This document shows positions 55,516 through 64,000 of a stretch of DNA of 64,000 nt, piece after piece. The DNA is from Eledone cirrhosa. Its lineage: Eukaryota. Location: positions 8,122,001-8,186,000 of the forward strand of contig OZ024766.1 of assembly GCA_964016885.1 (NCBI GenBank), read 5' to 3'. The notes beneath the pieces were generated by a model. It was not told where the DNA came from. It did not search any database and saw nothing but the letters and a program-made list of their open reading frames with translations. Position 1 is the stretch's first letter. Every line of letters begins with the position of its first letter. The translations under genes were made by a program, and so were the position numbers.

Positions 55516-57006
55516 TACCTAGCTAAAAGTAAGCCACTCTACTTGGCATTTGTCGACCTTGAGAAAGCCTTTGACAGAGTTCCACGTGCTGTAATCTGGT
55601 GGGCTCTTAGAAAACTAGGTGTAGATGAATGGCTTGTGAAAGCGGTACAAGCCATGTATAGGGACGCAGTCAGCAAAGTTAGGATTAGCAATGAGTATAG
55701 CGAGGAATTTAGCGTACAGGTTGGGGTCCACCAGGGCTCTGTTCTTAGCCCCCTCCTGTTCATCATAGTCCTGCAGGCAATAACGGAGGAGTTTAAGACC
55801 GGATGCCCATGGGAACTCCTGTATGCTGATGACCTCACGCTTATAGCTGAATCTATGGTAGAACTAGAGAATAAATTCCAAACTTGGAAGCAGGGACTAG
55901 AAAGAAAGGGTCTCGAAGTCAACATGACAAAGACTCAGGTCCTTGTAAGTAGATGAGAAAACAGAACCCAGATCCCCTCAGGGAAATGGCCTTGCTCAGT
56001 ATGTAGGTAGGAACTCCATTCTCTGCCCCAAATGCAAACAATGGGTACACAAGAGATGTAGCGGGATCTCAGGAAGCTTAATTAAGAATGTAGGCTTCAC
56101 ATGCAGCAGCAAACAGCCACAGGAAACAAGTACCACCAATCTCTGGGAGGGCTCTGTAGAAACAGTAGACAGCTTCTGCTACCTAGGTGACCGAATTAGC
56201 AGCGGAGGTGGGTGTTCAAAAAGTACAATAACTAGGGTAAGAACGGGATGGAAGAAGTTTAGGGAACTACTACCACTGCTAGCTGCAAAAGGCTTCTCCC
56301 TCAGAATGAAAGGCAGACTGTATGATGCGTGTATCCGAACAGCGATGTTGCATGGTAGTGAGACCTGGGCACTGAAGGTGGAAGACTTACGTAGATTAGA
56401 GAGAAACGAAGCCTGCATGCTCCGATGGATGTGTAACAGTAATATACGTGAACGACAAAGCATAAATGAATTCAGAGAGAGACTGAGCATAAGAGGAATC
56501 AAGTGCAGGAGAGGCGGTTGCGCTGGTATGGACATGTGATGCGTATGAAGGATGACAGCTGCATAAAAAAGTGCAGAGCACTAGAAGTCGATGGAAGCCC
56601 TGGGATGAGATGATAAAAGCCGAACTTACCCAATTACACCTCTCAAAGGCAATGACACACGACCGTGACCTCTGGCGTCACGCAGTAATACAGAGTACCT
56701 GACCTCCCATAGGTACAAGCTGAAGCATATAGACAATATGCCCCCACACCGTCCCACTGCAAGGTGGTCGTGGAGGTGCCACGGCAAAAAAGCACCCATC
56801 GCACACTGTAAAGTAGTCGTGTAGGCGCCACGAAAAAGCACCCAGCACTCACTGTAAATGAGGTTGGTGTTAGGAAGGGCATCCAGCTGTAGAAATCAAG
56901 CCAAATCAGTTCCTATATGAGCAAGGCATGGTCTGCCGACAACAAGACAACCCGTCTAACCCATGCTAGCGTGGAAGAACGGACGTAAAACGGTGATGAT
57001 GATGAT
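55516..57006 (+). mobile_element. 5'-truncated, degenerate RTE LINE (RT domain to 3' tail)
   Basis: AFVDLEKAFDRVPR, GVHQGSVLSPLLF, YADD, FCYLG and LYDACIRTAMLHGSETW motifs, with stops and frameshifts and an (ATG)n tail. Absent at the paralogous site ~31372. Confidence 0.9.
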
Positions 57007-59064
57007 ATATATATATATATATATTTTTTATTTTACTATATTTTTATATATAATTGTTTCCTCTTTTGGCACAAGGCCAGCAATGACCCAGTGCATTACT
57101 GGTACTTTATTTTATTGACCCCGTAAGGATGAAAGGCAAAGTTAACCTCGGCGGGATTTGAACTCAGAATGGCAAGGACCGTAACTCTATACGTCAAACA
57201 TGGCATCCGACCCTCTACCGATACTGCCAATCCACATATAATATATACAGGTTGGTCCGAAAGTCATGTCACCCCCTACCAAAAAGTAATGAGAAACATT
57301 TTATGTTCCCATCGCAGTATCATCCCCTTCGGAGGAGCTGGTTTGCCGAATCTATCTTGCAGTGAAGTCATCTCACATATATAAACATATATCGTGTCAC
57401 ATATATATATATATATATATGTATTTATTATTATTACTATATACATATATATATTATAATAATAAAAAATAGAAAGACCAAAACCCAAAGAGGACTCGAT
57501 AAAGTTTCAGATGACCCTGCTAAGAGTAAAAGCAGAAATGCTTTGTTTAAACTTTTAATTCGGACTACTAATATATATATATTTATATATATATATCATC
57601 TTCAATGTAGAGAAATGGCTTATATAGGACTAGAACTGTTTCAAAAGGCAATCAGGCAGGAAGCAAGAGGCCAACAAGACGGGAAATGCGTATTACTGTG
57701 GCTAGAGCAAGAAAGCTAGCTGTTTTGTTGCTTTCCGACCAGATACGAATCTGTGGCTGAAGAATAAGAAGCTACAACAACGTTAATGGCGGAGAAGAGA
57801 AAAAAATATCTTTAAAATCTTTAATTTAATAACAAAGAGATTATTTCTTTAGTTGTTTAATAAAATATAAAAAGAGAACAGATTGATTACATGTGGAGAG
57901 GGTAAGTTGAGAAAGATTTACTTGAAGTCTAAAATAATGTGTGTAAATAATAGAATTATGTGAACCTAACAGCGATACAGTAATTATATAGAGGTGAAAG
58001 TATTTAACAACTTTGGACATATTTCTTCACTTTTATATACAGGAAAATACTGGGGACATATTTATTTCATAAATACATTACAAATCGTTTGCAATTCTTT
58101 CACAATGAATATATAAACAGAGCATATAAATAAATTTATAGTGGAATAACATAACAAATATGTTTTAAATATATACATAAATAACATAAATGCTTAGACA
58201 ACATTATAAATAGCTCCCGATTCTGTTAGAAGGATGTATTCTTTTAATGTTACAATATTCAAGAAAATGTAAAGGAAGGGGTGAACAACGGAGCCAACAC
58301 CAGGGCAAAAGACAGCAACGAGGAATACTGGGCAACCTCTCTAATGATTTTTGAGGCAAGCCAGCACACTGGCAGTGTAACTTCGGGTGATGGCGAGGCT
58401 GATGCGCTGAAACAGCCAAGCACCCTCGCGAGGTTCGCCAGTTACCTCTATTAGGCGAGCCGCCAGTGAAGAGAGGAACCTCGCAGTCAGCGGCCCGACT
58501 CCCCCAAACGTCTCGAAAGCCACAGGCTGAAAAATGTGGCTAAATACTTCTAGACTGAAATGTTGATGTATTTTTGGTAAATTTATAGGAAAAACACGCC
58601 TTCCCTCGATTTCAGTGGGGAAGTTAGTTTTTTGAGTTATCAATTAATGTAATATCTTGGATGCTGGCAATCGAATTATTCCCCCGAAAAAAAATTAGAT
58701 GGATACTCTAAACATTAATCTAACCCTTTAGCATTTAAACCAGGCATAATATAATTAAGTAAGAAAGTTATTAATTAAATTTTAATTATTTTGATTTTTG
58801 TTAAATTTGTTTTAATTATTATTTTAAATCCAAAACAGTTATTGTTAAATTTTAAGTATATTAAAGAAAGTATATTTTTTTAAATATCAAATAAGAAAGT
58901 TATTAATTAAAATTATTTAGTTTTATTTTTTTAAATACTTTTCATCTCTGTTTAATTTTTTTTTTTTTATAATTTTAAGAAAAGTAAATACGAAACAAAT
59001 TATAATTTTTTTCTTTTTGATTAAAATTTAAAAAAAAAACCTAAATTCTAATATTCCAAAGTAT

Positions 59065-59715
59065 CTATAATACATCATAATAATGTTGTATCCAATATAG
59101 AATATTGCCGAAGATGTTTTCTTGAATAGCATGGCACCACAGGAACTCCTGGAGGGGAGAGCTGTAAAGTGCCTCATCTGTTCTTGTCATGGCACAGAAT
59201 TAGACTGTGTAAAGCCCCCAGCTGCCTTCCACACGGTTTGTGTGGATTGTGGGGTTGTTAGGGTCCACAAGGTTGTAACAAGGGTTACCAACTTGTTGTG
59301 GGAGGACATTGTATGTCTGCCGGCCTTTGGTGGATTGTGGGGTTGTTAGGGTCCACAAGGTTGTAACGAGGGTTACCAACTTGTTGTGGGAGGACATTGT
59401 ATGTCTGCCAGCCTTTGGTGGATTGTGGGGTTGTTAGGGTCCACAAGGTTGTAACAAGGGTTACCAACTTGTTGTGGGAGGACATTGTATGACTGCCAGC
59501 CTTTGGTGGATTGTGGGGTTGTTAGGGTCCACAAGGTTGTAACAAGGGTTACCAACTTGTTGTGGGAGGACATTGTATGACTGCCAGCCTTTGGTTACAA
59601 TGCAATTACATGGACGAATGTACAGAGCAATGGTGGGTAAAAGGGTCGCTACATCTCGTTCCACAGGTACCACAATTGTCACATTGGTACCTCACTCCAA
59701 CATAACAAGAACCAT
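59065..59715 (-). mobile_element. Merlin transposase relic (4 x 88-bp repeat)
   Basis: Same motifs as 43214-43873. Confidence 0.8.
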
Positions 59716-61148
59716 AATCCACAAAAATCAACAACAAAGTAATTTTAAAAAAATTAAATAATTCAAAATTTAATTAATAACTTTCTTACTTTTAAGAAAA
59801 ATAATTTTAAAAAAATGTACTTTTCTTAAGATTATTTTTAAAAATAATTTAACAAGAATCAAAAAAAATAAATTAAATAATTTAAAATTTAATTAATAAT
59901 AACTTTCTTAATTAATTACATTAAAAAAATAATAATGATAATTTCAAATAAACATTAAAAAATTAACAAAAATCAAAAAAAGAAAAATAAATTTAAATAA
60001 TTTAAAATTTAAAAAAATGTACTTTTCTGAAAATTAGTTTTAAAAATAATTTAACAAAAAATATAAATTAAATAATTTAAAATTTAACTAATAATAACTT
60101 TCTTAATTAATTACATTAAAAAAAATAATAATAATAATTTCAAATAAACATTAAAAAATTATCAAAAATCAAAAATAATAAATAATATTATATAATTTAA
60201 AATTTAATTAATAACTTTCTTACTAACATTTTTAAAAAAATAATTTTTAAAAAATGTACTTTTCTTAAGATTATTTTTTAAAATAATTGAACAAGAATAA
60301 AAAAAAATAAATTAAATAATTTAAAATTTAATTAATAATAACTTTCTTAATTAATTACATTAAAAAAATAATAATAATAATTTCAATTAAACATTAAAAA
60401 ATTAACAAAAATCAAAAATAATAAATAATATATAATTTAAAATTTAATTAATAACTTTCTTACTTAGGAATATTTTTAAAAAAATAATTTTTAAAAAATG
60501 TACTTTTCTGAAAATTATTTTTAAAAATAATTTAACAAAAAATATAAATTAAATAATTTAAAATTTAACTAATAACTTTCTTAATTAATTACATAAAAAA
60601 AATAATAATAATAATTTGAAATAAATAATTTAAAATATAATTAAAATTTAATTAACAATAACTTTCTTAATTACATTAAATAAAAAAAAATAATTTAACT
60701 ACAAGATGCCCATAACATTAATTCTGTAAAATACCATTTTAATATCCTCTCTATATCTTATTTTGTTTCTCTGTTATTTCAGAATATCACCTGACATTGA
60801 CAGAAGAGAAATTTTAAGTTGAGATACATCATCAATATCATCTTTTAAAAGACTAACACAAGATTTTACATAAATCTTTGTCTATAAAACATTTGATGAA
60901 TTACATTGAAATATTTCTTCAGAATTGAGGTTTGTAAATAAATTTCTCTTCTTCACACTCTGGAAAGTGTACGAGAAGATTCTGCATTCTTATTAAACTT
61001 GAATTAATTTACAAAGGAGCTTGCACCATTTTCAGTTGTCAACAAATATCACAGTTGATGGAAATATTTGTTGGGAACAAAACCAAGAAAAATATCTTTA
61101 TTTTGTACTGAGAGAAGAAAAATAAAGATTTATATTTCACCTGAAGAG

Positions 61149-62850
61149 ATGTCGAAGGAGATAGGGGAATCATTATATCACTGTGATGTCTGGTAAATCA
61201 TTCTCTGGAGAAGATAGCCTCTCAACTTATAAATGTACTCACACAGGAGAGAAATCGTATCTTTGTGATGTCTGTGATAAATCATTCTCTGAGGAAGATA
61301 GCCTCTTAACACACAAACGTATACATACAGGAAAGAGGCCATACCACTGTGATATCTGTGGTAAGTCATTTTCACATAGAGGAACCTTAACTACACACAA
61401 ACGTATACATGCAGAAGAGAAGCCATATCACTGTGATATCTGTGGTAAGTCATTCTCACAGGCAGGAACCTTAACTACACACAAACATATACACACAGGA
61501 GAGAAGCCATATCAGTGTGGTATCTGTGGTAAGTCATTCTCACATGCAGGAACCTTGACTACACACAAATATGTACACACAGGAGAGAAGCCATATCAAT
61601 GTGGTATCTGTGGTAAGTCATTCTCACAGGCAGCAACCTTGACTACACACAAATATGTACACACAGGAGAGAAACCTCATCAATGTGGTATCTGTGGTAA
61701 GTCATTCTCAGAGACAGGACACTTAACTAAGCACAAGCGTATACATACAGGAGAGAAGCCATATCACTGTGATATCTGTGGTAAGTTATTCTCACATGCA
61801 GGAAACTTGACTACACACAAACATATACACACAGGAGAGAAACCATATCACTGTGATATCTGTGGTAAGTCATTCTCACAGGCAGGAACGTTAACTAAGC
61901 ACAAACATATACATACAGGGGACAAGCCATATCACTGTGATATCTGTGGTAAGTCCTTCTCACAGGCAGTTGATTTAACAACACACAAATATATTCATAC
62001 AGGAGAGAAGCCATACCACTGTGGTATCTGTGGTAAGTCATTCTCACAGGCAGTATCCTTGACTACACACAAACGTATACATACACAAGAGAAGCCATAT
62101 CAGTGTGGTATCTGTGGTAAGTCATTCTCACAGGCAGGAAACTTGACTACACACAAATATGTACACACAGGAGAGAAGCCATATCAGTGTGGTATCTGTG
62201 GTAAATCATTCTCACATGCAGGAAGCTTGACTACACACAAATATGTACACACAGGAGAGAAACCTCATCAATGTGGTATTTGTGGTAAGTCATTCTCAGA
62301 GACAGGACACTTAACTAAGCACAAGCGTATACATACAGGAGAGAAGCCATATCACTGTGATATCTGTGGTAAGTCATTCTCACAGGCAGGAACGTTAACT
62401 ATGCACAAACATATACATACAGGAGAGAAACCTCATCGCTGTGATATCTGTGGTAAGTCATTCTCACAGACAGGAACGTTAACTAAGCACAAATATATAC
62501 ACACAGGAGAGAAACCTGTTCACTGTGATATCTGTGGTAAGTCATTCTCACATGCAGGAAACTTGACTACACACAAATATATACATACAGGAGAGAAGCC
62601 ATACCACTGTGATATCTGTGGTAAGTCATTCTCACATGCAGGAAACTTGACTACACACAAATATATACATACAGGAGAGAAGCCATACCACTGTGATATC
62701 TGTGGTAAGTCATTCTCACAGAGAGGAAACTTAACAACACACAAATATATACACAGAGGAGAGAAGCCTCATTGCTGTGATATCTGTGGTAAGTCATTCT
62801 CACATGCAGGAAACTTGACTACACACAAACGTATACATACAGGAAATTGA
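61149..62850 (+). pseudogene. C2H2 zinc-finger family A copy 7 (20 fingers), 2-nt deletion in finger 1; 19 fingers remain open from ATG 61186
   Basis: GATGTC-TGGTAAA versus GATGTCTGTGGTAAA in paralogues. The original frame stops at 61194-61196. Confidence 0.7.
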
Positions 62851-63782
62851 GTGACCATGTAGACGTTTACTCATTCATATGTAATTGATACCCTTTGATT
62901 AACCATCGATTGAATATGATTCAAATTGTTTTTCTGACTATATTAAATTATGTCCTGGACTTTTAACATATGACACCGGTTTTATGAAAGAGCAGGAAAT
63001 ATTGTCAAAGACAGCACGTACCTGCTTTCTTTACTATAACTTTAATTAATCTAATTATATCTTGTGTAGCAATTATCTCATGTTAAGGTGAAAGTTAATA
63101 TTTTCTAGCTAACATAGAGTGAGCTACATGTTTCAGGGTAGGTGTTTCATCTCCTACATGATTAAATATTTCATTTCATGAGAAACTACGCTACATCGTG
63201 AATTGGTTGTTCTACATTTTACTGAACAGTGAGAAATAGGTTTAAATCACCAACATCTGAACAATTAGCTTTCTTGGTCTTTCTTGACTTTACACTTGGA
63301 CTTGAAATATAAAGTAGATATTATTTGTATTGTTAATACAGCAGATATTGAGTTCTTTTCTACACCACAATTTTATTTCCTTGACATCAGTGTCACACTG
63401 TCATATCTATTCTTACTCTACAGTTGTGTCAACTAAGTGTTCCATTACAATCTGTATTAAAAGAATGACTATTTCACCAGAACATCTGCTGCTAGTCATT
63501 TACGGACACCCTATATATTTTAGACCACATATCATTAATTATACATAGCCACTTTTCTTAACATACAAATAGAAGTCTTTTTCTCTACAATAATACATAT
63601 GTACCACTTGGAGAGGACTCACTTTGCTACAAGAATTCTATTGGTATATAGAAAATATATCTACATTGCATATTTTCCACACGTGTAAACATAGTCTTAT
63701 GATATCTAAGACAAGAAACTGAACTGTAATATATTATAAACACAGATATTTCTCAACTTTTAAGAATTCTTCAAAAATTACT

Positions 63783-64000
63783 ATGGAAGACGTTAAACAC
63801 TTGGACATTTCTACCAATATAGATACAGTTACACAGACATACAGTGCTGAGAAACCTTTACCTAGTGAAACATGTACTGAACAAGGATCTTTATACAGAA
63901 ATATTCCTGAATATAGCTGTGAGATTTGCAGGAACACTTTCTTATCAGAAGATGAATTATCTACACACAAACACATACATATTAAAGACAAACCCTATCA
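63783..64000 (+). CDS. C2H2 zinc-finger family B, 5' part (runs off the window; intactness unknown)
   Basis: MEDVKHLDISTNIDTVTQTYSAEKPLP..., homologous to 29045. Confidence 0.55.
   Translation, partial: MEDVKHLDISTNIDTVTQTYSAEKPLPSETCTEQGSLYRNIPEYSCEICRNTFLSEDELSTHKHIHIKDKPY

Overview
Eukaryotic, AT-rich, microsatellite-dense animal DNA. Repeat families and gene content suggest a coleoid cephalopod such as Octopus (inference). The window is part of a tandem cluster of effector-less C2H2 zinc-finger genes, all on the + strand. Family A (start [12 protein letters not shown]) has seven copies with 10, 20, 17, 14, 18, 22 and 20 fingers, the last frameshifted. Family B ([10 protein letters not shown] linkers) has two frameshifted copies and one cut by the window end. 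From about 23.7 kb the cluster is built from a duplicated 5-10 kb unit: putative non-coding exon 1 with a GTAAGT donor, an intron holding antisense relics of a CRE-like retrotransposon and a Merlin (IS1595-like) transposase inside AT-rich inverted arms, then a splice acceptor and the whole CDS in exon 2. The 3.3-23.7 kb interval is a transposon graveyard with RTE LINE pieces, tRNA-derived SINEs, a Helitron and a six-copy ~1.7 kb composite satellite. It also holds several hairpins containing Penelope-type minimal hammerhead ribozyme motifs. Tandem repeats of 80-88 bp have arisen independently from unrelated sequences, close to the 84-bp finger period. All calls come from reading the sequence; no database search was run.
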